A DNA stretch of 63,639 bases, filler included, from Octopus bimaculoides (GCF_001194135.2; 5 parts of 4 records of this genome joined end to end with filler, not necessarily neighbours in it), one strand, 5' to 3'; numbered from the whole stretch's first letter, positions 22,395 to 37,213 are shown. Translations and numbers: made by a program. The notes: a model not told the origin generated them from the sequence alone.

Positions 22395-24626
22395 ATATAT
22401 ATATATATATATATACACATTTACATATATATATGTATATATGATGTATATGTATGTGTATGTATATATATATATACATACACACACATATGCACGTATG
22501 TATAAATATGATATCTGTACGCAGTATATTTATTACAAAATAACTAACAAAGAAGAGAGGACGTATATCGCCATTTTCACTATTCAAAAATACACATTTT
22601 GCTTCATTCTAACTCACTATTGGTGGGACCGTAGAAATACAGACACTTTGATGATATTCGTGTTTTGAGGACAAGAGTTATGCTCTATTATTAAGATGAA
22701 TATCATATCTTCTATAATGAAACTATATACGACATGTATTACATTTAAGAAGTGTTACATCTGTAGAGGGAACGGTGTAGGAAAATGGTCACACATTTGC
22801 ATTAAATTTCTTTCGTTCGTTCGTTTGCTGGCAGCCAGTTAGGCGGCGTAGACTGATAATATATTCAGAAGATATGCATAGATTGTTTCGGTATAAGCAT
22901 TCGTCTGACCCTAAGGAATATTCAATGTTGCTATGTAGATTTTCCATCGCGAACCTGTTATGGCGTATATTGTTTGCACCGGGAAGAGGACAGATGGCAG
23001 AATCGGTTGAAAGGCGTGTTATGTAGTCACGTCTTCAGTTATTCACTCACAACATTTTACATGCTGGGTTCAACTTTGACCTCGCTTTTTTCGTTCTTCT
23101 GACATCGTTCAAATCATTACAAATGAAGTATTGGGGTCACTTTAACTAGCTGTTATTTATCCACGAAAAACATTTCGCTTATGAAAATGGTAGAATAAGA
23201 TGCATACCAACGGAAGCATTTAGATACACTTCGTCCCTTGGTGAATTCAAATTTCGTCGTAAGTCTGCTGGCCACTAAGATAAATTTAACTGTAGTACTA
23301 AGGTCGAAAAATCGATCACATCCTTCTATAAAATGTGTAGTATTGTGCCTGAAATTATATAATTATCAAACGTTCCGCCATTGCCGGAGATCATTATTGG
23401 ATTCCAGAAGGCTTCATGAAATAAATATCGCAAGTACCATAATTATATGCGAATTGTTGAGGAGTGTATGAAATGTGTTGCTGATTTTGAACCGGAATCT
23501 GCTCTGATGAAAAAAAAAACGGATTTTGATCACCACTATCGCATCTTTTTTCTAATATATTCTCAGTCAACACTATGCGAATTCTTCTTTCTTCTAGATC
23601 CTACTAATTGTTTTGAGCGAGATTTGGCAACTATTTGTAACAAGTTTGCTATCCAGGTAGAAATGTTTACCTTGTCTGAATGGGAGAAGCTCTGACATAC
23701 TTTATAATGTTACAACCGTCTTGCCTCAGACCAGAAGAATATACATACAGCACTTTTAACTGCAATGAGAAACGCTTATAATGGTTGAAAATGATGTTAA
23801 TATAGAATGCGATAATTTTTAAGTGGAATAGGATGCTACGAGCAACATCCACCATAGAGAATCCATTAATGAGACCATAATTCAGGTCAAGATATCATAC
23901 TGGACTAGATTGCTCCAGAGCCTATATTCAGAAGTCAGGTCAACAGAGGCAATGTTGAGCAAAGCATAAAATCTTTTGTCCAGAAATACCAATAACGGCC
24001 AAAGATCAGAAAGTCTAGCACTGTAGCAAGCTGACCACTTCACAGCACACCACAGTGTAATGTACCTCCATTTCATCAAATAATTATAGCTGAAGCTAAA
24101 GTAAAATTTCTCTGTCTAGCAAATATTGCCTGCGGCTTTTATATAAAAATTTACATACCCAAAGAATCAAATATATACTATATAGATTTATACAAATAGT
24201 TATATAAGATATACGAGCTATATAACTTAATTACTTATGTATCAACCTAAACGCAGACGTAATTATCTACTCATATAATTGCTATTTAATAACCTAATTA
24301 ACTACACATATATATCATTCTATCTACTTACACGTCTGTCTTTCTACCGTGTCTGTATATCACATATAATGGTTTTTAAAGATTTCCACCACACACGCGT
24401 CGCACACACACACACACACACACACACACGAGCGCGCGCACACACACACACACACACACTCACTCACACAAACGCATGTACACACGTATGTAAAATTTAA
24501 AATATATCTTCAGCTAAATACCTACAGCAATATTGTAAATATAATATGCGAAATATTTAAGGACGATAACAAAATTAGCCATTAAAATTTTGGCTCCTTC
24601 TAAATACCTGTTTATTNNNNNNNNNN

Positions 24627-24662
<36 letters not shown>

Positions 24663-26917
24663 TGTGTGTAAATCACGCCTCATAAGGACACTTAATATTC
24701 TCATCCTTGCCCACATACAATACACTTGAGAAAGAAATGGATAGAATTAAACATTAATTAACCACAGGTATTCCAATAGACTAGTGAAGCAAGGTATATA
24801 ATAATATAGACAGAAATACGATACAATATATATACCAAAGAATACATTTAATACAAATCTACAAACCTCGCACAAGATCTATTTCATTAAGCAAATTATA
24901 AGCGTACGATTTAAACTCGCATTGAACCTAACGCAAAATGAGTCAAACCCGATAATAATCTTAACCCTTTCGCATTTATAGGTACCAAATCCTCTCACAC
25001 TACAATGTCATTCTAGAAATAAATAATCACATCATTGAAATCTCAAAGCTATTAGATTATGCATGATTAATTCACAATGTGAATAAATAAGCATTACATT
25101 TGACAGAGAAATCTACATGCTTATGGGTTGAACTAATAATACGCCACAAAACACCAAAAGTAAAAGAAAAACCATTTATCGGTAATACCCCACGTGCATT
25201 TGAGCGTGAGATCACACTGAGTATGACCAACGGGATCTATAAATTCAACTGTAAAACTGAACGATGCAAACTTCAGGACAATAACTGTTACATTAGGCAC
25301 GCCAGGACGATACATTCAGATAGGCACGTCAAAAATAGATAGGAAAATATGTGAGGACAATTCTCACATATTTTATAACATTGTACATTAACATTAATTA
25401 TGTTAATCATGTTTCAATACAATCCTGAAATTAACACGTAAACACATTGAAAAATTTACACGTGGCTATTGAAATAAAACACTACTAATGTTGGAAATTT
25501 GAATGCGACAAAGAAATAAACACATCACTGCTAAAGCATGTTCTAACGGTAGAAGAAAAACCTCTGCCGGGAAAAACTACACGAATTTAATGAGCGTATA
25601 GGAAACAATTCATCTTGAAATTTGAAACTATGGCTGTGAATTTCTGGAAACGTCGACTGAAGATTTAAGAACTGTCTTTTTGCAAACTAATTGTAAGAAG
25701 TTAGTAAGAAAATTTGCAGGATCTAAAATAAAAATAAAATAAAATTTGAACATAACAGTGTACTTAATGAGCTACGACTAAAAAAAGCTGTTCCTCACAT
25801 ATGTCTATATCAATGTATTATGAATGTATGTATGAGTATGTCTTTATGTATATATGTATATACCTGTGAAAAAAACAGAACAGGAAGTTGAGAATGTGGT
25901 AAAGAGTTTAATTTGATTAAATGTTTGTGTCGACAATGTTTCAATGTGATTTTAATCCTACTTATAACAGAGAATTATATAACAAAATTTAAGAAAACGA
26001 TTTATACCGAGCATGAAATAGTCATTCGCATTTAAAAGAATATTCTTTGAAGTTGTTTCTATATTCTACAATGTGTGGTGCGTGTGTGTTTGTGTGTCTG
26101 CGTATGTGTATACGAATATGTGTGTAAGTGTGTTTATGTAAACACTGAATTGCAGGTGTAGCCTTGTCATAGAGTGTTTCATTGATTTCACTTGGGAATT
26201 ACCTCAAGGCTGTACATGTGTCCGCAATATATTTTTTGCCGGAGAAACTTCTCAAAGGAACTCGTAAGGTAGAATACACACGACACGTTCAGAATATTTC
26301 CGGATCAGCAGACAAGTAGCTTCCATTAAATGCGGTTTCACACAATTAGTGCCGTTTGTCTTTTCATTGCAATTGTTATACACTTCAGAATTTTAATCTT
26401 ATGCCCTCCCAAGTACGTATATTAATCTAATTCTAACCTGGCTTACTTTCGGACAAATCCGTAAATGTTTTGTTTATCGATTTCTCTGTTGGAACTGATA
26501 TTTTCCCGCTTAGCTCAAATTGACCAGACATGCTCATCAAAGACGAGAGAGATTGTGTCGAAACACCGAATCACAATGATAACTTTAAATGATTGTTCAG
26601 AATACTGATGGCAGATAGCCATCAATATTCTGTGTAATTACACTTATTTTCAACATACAAGCTCTTTTGAGAAGTTTTTCCGAGAGGAAATATGCTAGCA
26701 AGAGTCGTTCTACGTACATATGAACATTACAAATGTTATTCACTGCGATATGATACTTTGAATTGTCGAGAATACTTCTTCTTCGATATAGAGGCAACAA
26801 GTTAAGAGATGTACGAGTCTCTATGAGATTTGATCTTAAGACTTAATGTGACCATGACATTCTATACCATCTATTCGAATCTCCAAATTTCCTGCCATTC
26901 GTCTGCACTTACATTTC

Positions 26918-26919
26918 AC

Positions 26920-26971
<52 letters not shown>

Positions 26972-26990
26972 GATAATAATAATGATAATA
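26918..26990. repeat. (AAT)n microsatellite
   Basis: Direct reading. Confidence 0.9.
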
Positions 26991-27953
26991 ATAAGGATGA
27001 TGATTACGACAGTAACAATGATATTTATATCAAAAGAATTGTTGTTGAAAAGAGGAAGAAAATATATGTTGAGAAGATATTTTTTTTCTCTTCGTTCAGA
27101 ATTAAATGATTTTTCTTCCGAAACTTTTAATCCTGGCAGCCCAGAGGAAATATAATTCTCTCTTGAATAACAAATATTTCCATGATGCGTTGTTGCCAGA
27201 AAAATACACACGGATATGTTCTTAAAACATAGTGAAAAGATTGTGTAAGCAAAAATCAACCAAAAACAAACATATAAACACTCTGAATCGGCGAAAGTGA
27301 CAATACAAAAACTATTAGGACTACAATTACAACAACAATACAAAAGAATCAGGAAACAATGAAACAATGAGTGTAAATTAAAAAAAAATACAGACATAGT
27401 TACGTAAACATACACTCAAGCATATACACGTACATATATATATATATATTCATACACGAATATTAATATTATCATTATTATTATTTTTTACTATATTATA
27501 ATAATAAAGTAAATAACAGGAAGCTATACACATATATTTTATAATACTCTTTTGAAACGAATATCCAACATAATCTTTGATTTGTTCTTCTATTTCTTAT
27601 TGATAAGTAATTTCTGTATTTTCTGTCTTCCATGTTGACCAAAAATGGCGGCAGGTTTCGGCACTGTTCAAATTATGTACATAGTCTGCCGGAAAAAGGA
27701 AAGTAATAAACAAACAAACAAATAAAGAAATAAAACTTGAATATGGGAATAAATAATGCAACAAAAAAAAAAGAACCCATGATCACAATGCAAAAGACAA
27801 ACAGAAACAAATCAACAATCTTCAAAAGAAGAAAATGAATCACATCTAACGAACTTGTAAAGCAAAAATTTAGTTGTGTTTACGCCCTAAGATATACAAA
27901 AAAGAGAAAACATACAGCCGCACAGATATACACAGACACATGTAAATAGACAC

Positions 27954-28003
<50 letters not shown>

Positions 28004-28509
28004 TGGAAAATGCATTAGCATATCAGCAGAAAATTCTGTTTATTTTTATGGAGAATAAAGACTATTGTTGCAAGCTAAACTCGTTCGAAAACGAAGTTTT
28101 CGTAAAATAATAATAACGACAATAATAGATATGGCAAAAGTAATGACATTAATAATAATAATAATAATAGCACAAATCGTTTATTTATTAGCAAAACGGA
28201 GACGGATGAAGGGGCATTACTAACGAATAACAATAAAAATGTTTTAAAACAACATTAAGAATAACAATGCCAATGCAAACAATGATGATAATAGTTTGAA
28301 ATTTATGAAGAAGGCCAAAAATTTGGCGAGGTTGGAGTAGAGATGGTTAGTTAATACCATCGAATCTAGAACTGCGTTTTCTGTCGTTACCGGAGGAGGA
28401 ATAACTTTGGCGGGAATTGAACTCTTAACTTAAAGTTCAGTTGAAAATATCGCAAGGGAATTCTTGTATTTTTTTCGCAATTTTGCCGTATGCATGATTT
28501 CATTACTCT

Positions 28510-28925
28510 GATCAGGATGACCCTGATCCTGGCAAAGAACTCCTTCGGTACCAGAACGATTCGCAGGATTGTGGATTACCATTCATCGTATTTCGTATCC
28601 ACCCTACGGTTTCACTCAGAAGCCGGAATGTTTCCTATTATTTATATGATACGGGAGCATGAGGCCGGACTGTTTTGCGACGTTACTCGATTTTCGGAGT
28701 AGACCCTAATTACTGTGTTCTCTTCACTGAAGATCCGGCTGGGTTGACGGCTCATGTTGATCGACCACATGCCACGTGGTTACGGCAGGTGAGGAGGTAT
28801 CTTGCAGAGATGGGGACTGGTTTGAACTCTGCTCGACGTGCCGCCCGGGAGGACCCGGGATTATACTGACAAACAGTGAATGTAGCAACGCGCTGGAACG
28901 GCGCATGACACCAGAACTAATCTTG
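28510..28925 (+). mobile_element. RTE-like LINE 3' end (degenerate ORF C-terminus)
   Basis: IRRIVDYH...IRE...RFS.VDP...EDPAG...RPHATWLRQVRRYLAEMG...VATRWNGA resembles the RTE C-terminus (GxxRPxxxW); followed by a long (TAC)n tract. Confidence 0.65.
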
Positions 28926-28946
28926 TTTAATGTCAATCTACCGGAT

Positions 28947-29069
<123 letters not shown>

Positions 29070-29537
29070 NNNNNNNNNNNNNNNNNNNNNNNNNNNNNNN
29101 NNNNNNNNNNNNNNNNNNNNNNNNNNNNNNNNNNNNNNNNNNNNNNNNNNNNNNNNNNNNNNNNNNNNNNNNNNNNNNNNNNNNNNNNNNNNNNNNNNNN
29201 NNNNNNNNNNNNNNNNNNNNNNNNNNNNNNNNNNNNNNNNNNNNNNNNNNNNNNNNNNNNNNNNNNNNNNNNNNNNNNNNNNNNNNNNNNNNNNNNNNNN
29301 NNNNNNNNNNNNNNNNNNNNNNNNNNNNNNNNNNNNNNNNNNNNNNNNNNNNNNNNNNNNNNNNNNNNNNNNNNNNNNNNNNNNNNNNNNNNNNNNNNNN
29401 NNNNNNNNNNNNNNNNNNNNNNNNNNNNNNNNNNNNNNNNNNNNNNNNNNNNNNNNNNNNNNNNNNNNNNNNNNNNNNNNNNNNNNNNNNNNNNNNNNNN
29501 NNNNNNNNNNNNNNNNNNNNNNNNNNNNNNNNNNNNN

Positions 29538-29593
<56 letters not shown>

Positions 29594-30827
29594 ATATATA
29601 TATCTATATATGTAATACATATATCTATATATGTAATGTGTATTGGATTAGTCAAAAATAATCGTATAAGCTCTATAAGCCATATTTTTTATTTATGCAA
29701 GTGACGATCCAAGAATATTCCATTTGTTATATAATTGTATTTTTTTAAATGCAATTTTAAACTTCACTTGTAAACTTTCCCAATCATTGCTCGTGCACTC
29801 TTGCATGAAAACACTCACTCGTTCATGCGTATATATATATATATATATATATATATGGATGTTTCGTACGTATTATAAAACGTGCTATAGATTTCCAACC
29901 ACAATGCATTATAACTCTGAGTTTCATACGGTAATAATTAAGTGATAATGAATCAAATAACGCTAATAATATCGAAATATTGGAAAATGTAAAAAATGGC
30001 AAATTTACTTCCGGTGTTGCATACTGATGTGTAAGAAATATAAGTGGTGGAACTTGTAATATTTAGGTATGAGAAGTATCCTTTTAAAGTTTTCTAGAAT
30101 TTTACAATGCATATTGGTAATGATATGAACTTAAAGAGATTAGTTCAGTATGGCGGAGTAATAAAAGAAACGAAGAAGAAAATTAACAAAAAGGATAAAA
30201 TGAAAACAAATAAGAGTTATAGAGACGAGAAACAGATGGATGAAAGGCGCAAAAGAATAGATTAGTGAACGGGAATATAAATACGAAGTATTAGAACTAT
30301 AAAATTATAAATACGAAATAAAATAATTGAATAAGTTCCTAGAAATCACTAGAGGTGAAATGATTTACCGAAAGAATTTCACCTCTACAGCTTTCTTGAA
30401 CTCCTTTTATGCTATGTGTTCTTTTAAATTTTATTCTCATATTCTTTATCTGTACTCTTCATCTCTTTCCTTTTTCCGTTTTATTCCCTCATTTTATTCT
30501 GTCATAATATTTCTTTTATCCTGCGTTTTTCTTTACTTCCTTTCTCGTCACATCTCAGTAACGTAGTATTATAATATATACACATAGGTAGTTATGCTTT
30601 TTAATTTAATTAAAGAAACACAAAATGGAAACAACAGACAGAAATTTAAGAGTTGCGCCACTTACAATATTTCACACCCATCGCTACGCTGTCTGACGAT
30701 TGTCTAATATGAAACACAGAGTTACCAGAAATTCCTGTTTCACTTCACTTCGTAAGAAGTCCTATAAAATATGCAACTACTGACTTGCGTTTTTGTTCAG
30801 GTGAGCAATTTTCACACATGTACATAA

Positions 30828-30865
<38 letters not shown>

Positions 30866-32106
30866 GTGTGTGTATTAGAAAGATAAATTGACATTCAATG
30901 ATAAGAGCAAGCGACTTAAGCTGCATTCATCTGACATAGTATGTAGGTTTTTTTCCCCTTCACTTCAGTAAATCAGGAAGAAACCAAGCTTTACCTTCAC
31001 AAAATAGAGGACTTACTGATATTCAGCCACTCATTAACACATGTGTGTTCTGCTGATGCCATAAACATGCAAATAAATATGGGTACAGGCAGAGCTATCC
31101 AACTTCATGCTGCACTGGCCTCTATATTAATACAGATGTTATACTAAGTATCATCAAATCTTGGATGAAATTTAAAGTCTCAAAATAATACGGAAATCTC
31201 AGTGTCCGAAAAAAATTAAAACAAAGTCTTCCTTGCAGTCCATAATACTGTGTTTCGTTGTGGCTCTTCCGTCCGGACATTGATAAGAAGACTTGAAACT
31301 AAGCTTTGTGCCTTTTTAAACCGGTTCAAGTAAGAACATTCTATCAGAAAAAAAGGTAAACGATACATTACGTAATGTAGCAGACACTTTTCAAGACAGG
31401 AGAGTTCTCTTTCGCTTTCCTAGCCATGCTGGACAAGTTAAGAACGACTTGTAACTGACATTCAACTTTGGACAGCTCTCGATGGTCGAAATCGAAGTGG
31501 TCTCACCGTGAAGAAATACTTTGGTTAGTTAACAGAAAACACGGGACCACCCGCGACAAATATCTCATGGCACGGAAGAAAGAAATTTATGGTGAATTAA
31601 GGCCATCAAATTTGGAACAAACGCGAAAAGATGACCTGAAGAAAATATGTTTCTCTATGTGTATTTCTGTGTGTGTGGTATGTGTGTGTATTTATACATA
31701 CATATACACACGCACGCACATATATATATATATAGATATGTATCTGTATATATACACATATGCATATATATATATACACATACATATTTACACATATCTC
31801 ATTAAATTAACGTACCGTACGCATACAAATGAATAAGTATACATATCCTCGCCACCANNNNNNNNNNNNNNNNNNNNNNNNNNNNNNNNNNNNNNNNNNN
31901 NNNNNNNNNNNNNNNNNNNNNNNNNNNNNNNNNNNNNNNNNNNNNNNNNNNNNNNNNNNNNNNNNNNNNNNNNNNNNNNNNNNNNNNNNNNNNNNNNNNN
32001 NNNNNNNNNNNNNNNNNNNNNNNATATGTATATATATATATATAATCAAAAATTAAGCAACACGGATTTCAAAGGTGATTCCTACGCATAAGTACCATAT
32101 TCAACC

Positions 32107-32156
<50 letters not shown>

Positions 32157-32715
32157 CTTACTTAGAAAAGGATGCGTGGTGTTCGATCATGCATATACAC
32201 ACATATGTATGCGTCCATATATTTTTGTATGTGAGTGTGTATATTAGATAATATAACACAAAATGTGATGAGAAGGAGAATTGTCACAGTTTTTGAATCG
32301 TCAGAAAGAATAAGCAATGGTATTTGTTGCAGAACCTGGAGCTCGAATCCATTCCATTAGTTGTGAGTTCTCGAAATCCCAAAATGTCTTGGATAGGATT
32401 CAGGGCAGACTCTATGCCGTCTCGTTATGTTCTGATCTTCACGCCTACGACAAAGTCGGGGTCAAATTGTATATTTAAAAAAGCAAATAATAATAATAGT
32501 AATAATAATAATAATAATAATAAAAACAGAAACAGTGTTAATACCAAGAGGTAATATTGATCTCTAGCTTAGCGTGGAGATTGTTTTAGAACACCGATTA
32601 TTGCGGTAGTTACCTTGAGTAGATCTATGATAAAGACTCGTAGTGCATAAAAAAAGATCCTCTGAACGTAAATATATCACTGACGGGAGATTCGGCTATT
32701 ATCGAGCTGCAGGAC

Positions 32716-32766
32716 AACTGTCACTGAGGAATCCTTAGTAGGGTGAAATCAGGAGATTAGGCAGTT
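32716..32766 (+). ncRNA. Type I hammerhead ribozyme-like motif, near-intact
   Basis: AACUGUC-a CUGAGGA AUCCU uagu AGGGU GAAA UC agga GA UU^a-GGCAGUU: 7-bp stem I, 5-bp stem II, 3-bp stem III. Confidence 0.65.
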
Positions 32767-34619
32767 CTGGCACCCGAAGTAGATGATCCTCGCCTGTCAA
32801 AAATATAATTACGAGCGCTATTATGTACCACACATCCTTTTGAGATCCTCTGTTAGTAACGCAATAGTGTGTGTTCGAACACGACTTCCACGTTAAGTTG
32901 CATATCAAGATTAGCTTTTGCATATTTTTTTCTTTATTTTAGTAATGTGTAACTGAAGAAAATTTTATGCAAGATCGACTGATGGTCTTCTTAAAGAAAA
33001 TGCTCTTAACCAGGCGTGCACTTTGGAGACGAACTTTCCAAGTACAAATACATGGTTTCACAAACAACACGGGTTTCGTGGATAGAGTTATATCAGCATT
33101 AATAGCTATACGATATTGATATTCATCGTTCGTGTACACACCCGTGCGCACACACACTCACATATAAGCTCACACACACGCTCACACGTACGCAGACACA
33201 CGCACAGATTAGCGAGTGAAAACAGACAAATAAACCCACATACATATAGAAAAACAAAGGCAGAAACTTAAGATTTAAGAGGATTTAAAGGCGTTGTAAG
33301 ACGATCTTGATATATTTACCATAGGTGTCCGAGTGAGTGGAGATTTATGCAAAGACAGTTAACATGTATCTAGAGAGTCTTCGCTGAATATAACATATCC
33401 AGTGATGTAAGATGTGACACGACACACCAATCTTATTTATATTGTGGAACATTCTTGCACAAAATGTGCTCATTCAAGCGAATGATCAATCACCAGGGTA
33501 GAATTTTACACGAAATATACGCATAAATGTGTATATATATNNNNNNNNNNNNNNNNNNNNNNNNNNNNNNNNNNNNNNNNNNNNNNNNNNNNNNNNNNNN
33601 NNNNNNNNNNNNNNNNNNNNNNNNNNNNNNNNNNNNNNNNNNNNNNNNNNNNNNNNNNNNNNNNNNNNNNNNNNNNNNNNNNNNNNNNNNNNNNNNNNNN
33701 NNNNNNNNNNNNNNNNNNNNNNNNNNNNNNNNNNNNNNNNNNNNNNNNNNNNNNNNNNNNNNNNNNNNNNNNNNNNNNNNNNNNNNNNNNNNNNNNNNNN
33801 NNNNNNNNNNNNNNNNNNNNNNNNNNNNNNNNNNNNNNNNNNNNNNNNNNNNNNNNNNNNNNNNNNNNNNNNNNNNNNNNNNNNNNNNNNNNNNNNNNNN
33901 NNNNNNNNNNNNNNNNNNNNNNNNNNNNNNNNNNNNNNNNNNNNNNNNNNNNNNNNNNNACACACACACACACACACACACCACACGCGCGGGCAAATAT
34001 AGATATTACTTTCATAAATATGTGTGCGCGCGTATGCGTTTGCATGTATATCTAACTCAATACGAATCTATGAACGTAACGATTGCAATAAACCTGATTT
34101 TTATAGTAAATGCTTCGGTACTTGGTATTTAAAATGAAAGGAACCTGTACGAAACTTTAAATTTTTCAATATGGTCTTTGTAAATTCTACATTAATATTC
34201 TTTGGGGTTCAAAGAATAATTATCTTTGAATAATTCTTCTTTCAAGGGAAAATTCATGGTTTTTCTTCTGTGCGTATCATAATTAAATCTGTACATAGTT
34301 CCAAGAAGTGATTAAACTATGTGAACAATGCTTTAGAGTGTATAAGTTTTTAAAATTGCTTTTTCTTTCGACAATGAGCCAGAAGATTGTAAATTTATTT
34401 TGTATTTCTTTGATACCCTGGAAGACTTATTTAGGATTAAATCCATTCTTCGACGATTGAAGTCCGAAAACTATGTGGCCACGGCATTTCTCTATCGACG
34501 TCTGCTGATAATGTAACTCCCAAAGGATTTTACGCAGGCAAAAATCATAATTTAAAATGATCTCTTAACTCCCAATGGCTTCATTCCCTCTAACAACTTT
34601 ATACAGATATGCCTACAAC

Positions 34620-34893
34620 TGACACTCCGTCTGTTACGACGAACCAATCAATGGAACAGTCGGCTCGAGAAATGAACGTTCAAGTGGCTGAGGGCTTCAC
34701 AGATACGAGAACTTTTAATGCAGTTCTCAGGGAGATTCAGCGTAAAACAGAATGTGACAAGGCCGGCCCTTTGAATTACACGTACTGCTCATCTTTGCCA
34801 GTTGAGTGGACTGACGCAACGAGAAATAATGTGTCTTGCTCAAAGACACAAAGCACCGCTTTGGATCGGCTTCACGGCCACACAATCGTAAGC
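34620..34893 (-). mobile_element. Older SINE sharing the family A 3' half but with a different central domain (TGTGTCTTTGAGCAAGACAC...CAGTCCACTCAACTGGC)
   Basis: 34620-34780 aligns to the family A tail; 34780-34893 does not match the family A body. Confidence 0.7.
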
Positions 34894-34908
34894 TGTATAC
34901 TCTAACTA

Positions 34909-35183
34909 CTAAGCTCCACGTGGCTCCGGTGGAGTGTGGTGGCGAACCCTGCTGTATTTTTCCACTACAACTTTTTCTCACTCTTTCTTCCTGTTTCTGT
35001 TGTACCTGTATTTCAAAGGGCCAGCCTTGTCACACTCTGCGTCACGCTGAATCTCCCCCGAAAACTACGTTAAGAATACACGTGTCTGTGGAGTACTCAG
35101 TCACTTGCACGTTAATTTCACGAGCTGGTTGTTCCGTTGATCGGATCAACTGGAACCCTCGACGTCGTAAGCGACGGAGTGCC
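34909..35183 (+). mobile_element. 5'-truncated SINE family A copy
   Basis: Matches about 131-400 of the first copy. Confidence 0.9.
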
Positions 35184-35242
35184 ATGATATATAGATATAT
35201 ATATATGTATCATTCAAAAGATACATTTATATAAATATACTC

Positions 35243-35357
35243 TTTTACTCTTTTACTCTTTTACTTGTTTCAGTCATTTGACTGCGGCCATGCTAGAGCA
35301 CCGCCTTTAGTCGAGCAAATCGACCCCAGGACTTATTCTTTGTAAGCCTAGTACTTA
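35243..35357 (-). mobile_element. SINE family C 3' half ((TACTCTTT)n tail) running into gap
   Basis: Matches 51392-51480, 47875-47990 and the reverse complement of 58380-58492. Confidence 0.8.
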
Positions 35358-36503
35358 NNNNNNNNNNNNNNNNNNNNNNNNNNNNNNNNNNNNNNNNNNN
35401 NNNNNNNNNNNNNNNNNNNNNNNNNNNNNNNNNNNNNNNNNNNNNNNNNNNNNNNNNNNNNNNNNNNNNNNNNNNNNNNNNNNNNNNNNNNNNNNNNNNN
35501 NNNNNNNNNNNNNNNNNNNNNNNNNNNNNNNNNNNNNNNNNNNNNNNNNNNNNNNNNNNNNNNNNNNNNNNNNNNNNNNNNNNNNNNNNNNNNNNNNNNN
35601 NNNNNNNNNNNNNNNNNNNNNNNNNNNNNNNNNNNNNNNNNNNNNNNNNNNNNNNNNNNNNNNNNNNNNNNNNNNNNNNNNNNNNNNNNNNNNNNNNNNN
35701 NNNNNNNNNNNNNNNNNNNNNNNNNNNNNNNNNNNNNNNNNNNNNNNNNNNNNNNNNNNNNNNNNNNNNNNNNNNGAATTCGTATATAAACGGAAAATAC
35801 AACTATGAAAATGCAACACTGAATTATGTCTTATTTTTAAAGCTAACAACATAGAAGTGTTTAGATACATAAGCAAAGACGTCTGTTATTTTCACTCAGA
35901 GCTTTTTTCTAAATAGAAGTCTGTTTGATATATATGCGTGTGTGTATGTGCATGAGAGTATATGTGTATGTATGTGTATATGTGTGTGTATGTGTATGTA
36001 TGTGTATGTATGTGTATATGTATATGTATATAGATGATGTATTTTTCTATATGTGTAAATACATATGTATATACTAATGTACATACAAATACACACACAC
36101 GCTCACACACACACACCTATATGTATGTACATATACAGACCTTTCTCGAATACATATATTTATAGGAATATATGCAAATACATATACGTGAATATGTATA
36201 TATATGTGCATATATGCATATTTACATATACACACTTATATATAAATATATATATATCTATATATCTTTTATAAACATGCGCATACATGTATACACATAC
36301 ATGCATTCATATGCATGTGCGCATATTAATATGCGTATATAATCATGCGTATTATAAATATACGCACACAGATGTATACACATATATACATCGATATGTA
36401 TACAGACGTGCGTGCGTTTATCGTCTTTAAAGATATAAATATGTTCCGGTACGATACACTCAATATCCGTGCACATTTCTAAGTATATATACATACACGC
36501 GCG

Positions 36504-36552
<49 letters not shown>

Positions 36553-37167
36553 GCAGAATGTATGTATTCGCTTGTGTGTACATACACACGTTGAACCAGA
36601 TATGTACATTGTGACTGATGGATAAAAAAAATATATAGCATATATATTTATTTGTATTTATCAGTTCAGGTGTTGATAAGAGAAGTTACGAAATCAAGTG
36701 ATGCGTTGTTTTAAATATCACAAAAGCTAAGATCTTTAATGTACTATCTTTAGTAAAAATAGCCAATATTCTAGTTCCTTATTTCTTTGTCACCCTTGAT
36801 TCCAAACTTACTTAAAGACATCTTCAATGATGGTCGTTTACGGTTGCATAGAGCCGTGTGACTGTAGACCTGCCTGAATTTTTTTTCTGGTGTCAATGTG
36901 GTTGCGTATGTCTAGGTGTGGAGGATGTTAGCATGTGCATGTGTTGGTATATGTGTGGGTGTATATGTGTCTATATGTGTGTTTCATGTTTCTAGTTGTC
37001 AATACGCATCTATGTTTGTGTAAGTGGGTCCTAGTTGTTCGTGTTGTGTAGGCATCATATTTATACGCAATTGTTCGTGCACCCGTATCGGTCTAGAATA
37101 TCTTTGTGTGTGTACGCGTGTGTATGTGTGCGAATGTGCACATGTGTGAACGTGTGCTTCTCTCTCA

Positions 37168-37213
<46 letters not shown>

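Noticed and set aside
23598-23656. Possible next exon of the LRR-LU gene (phase 1/0, DPTNCFERDLATICNKFAIQ)
   Set aside because: Good acceptor and compatible phase, but weak donor (GTAGAA) and no partner exon found; the opposite strand weakly resembles a piggyBac fossil (HFYLD...LVGSRRKKN). Unresolved without RNA data
26909-27415. 168-aa hydrophobic, Cys-rich minus-strand ORF resembling a membrane protein
   Set aside because: GTG start, T-rich strand depleted of stops, ends in an (ATT)n tract, and has no recognisable GPCR or other family motifs
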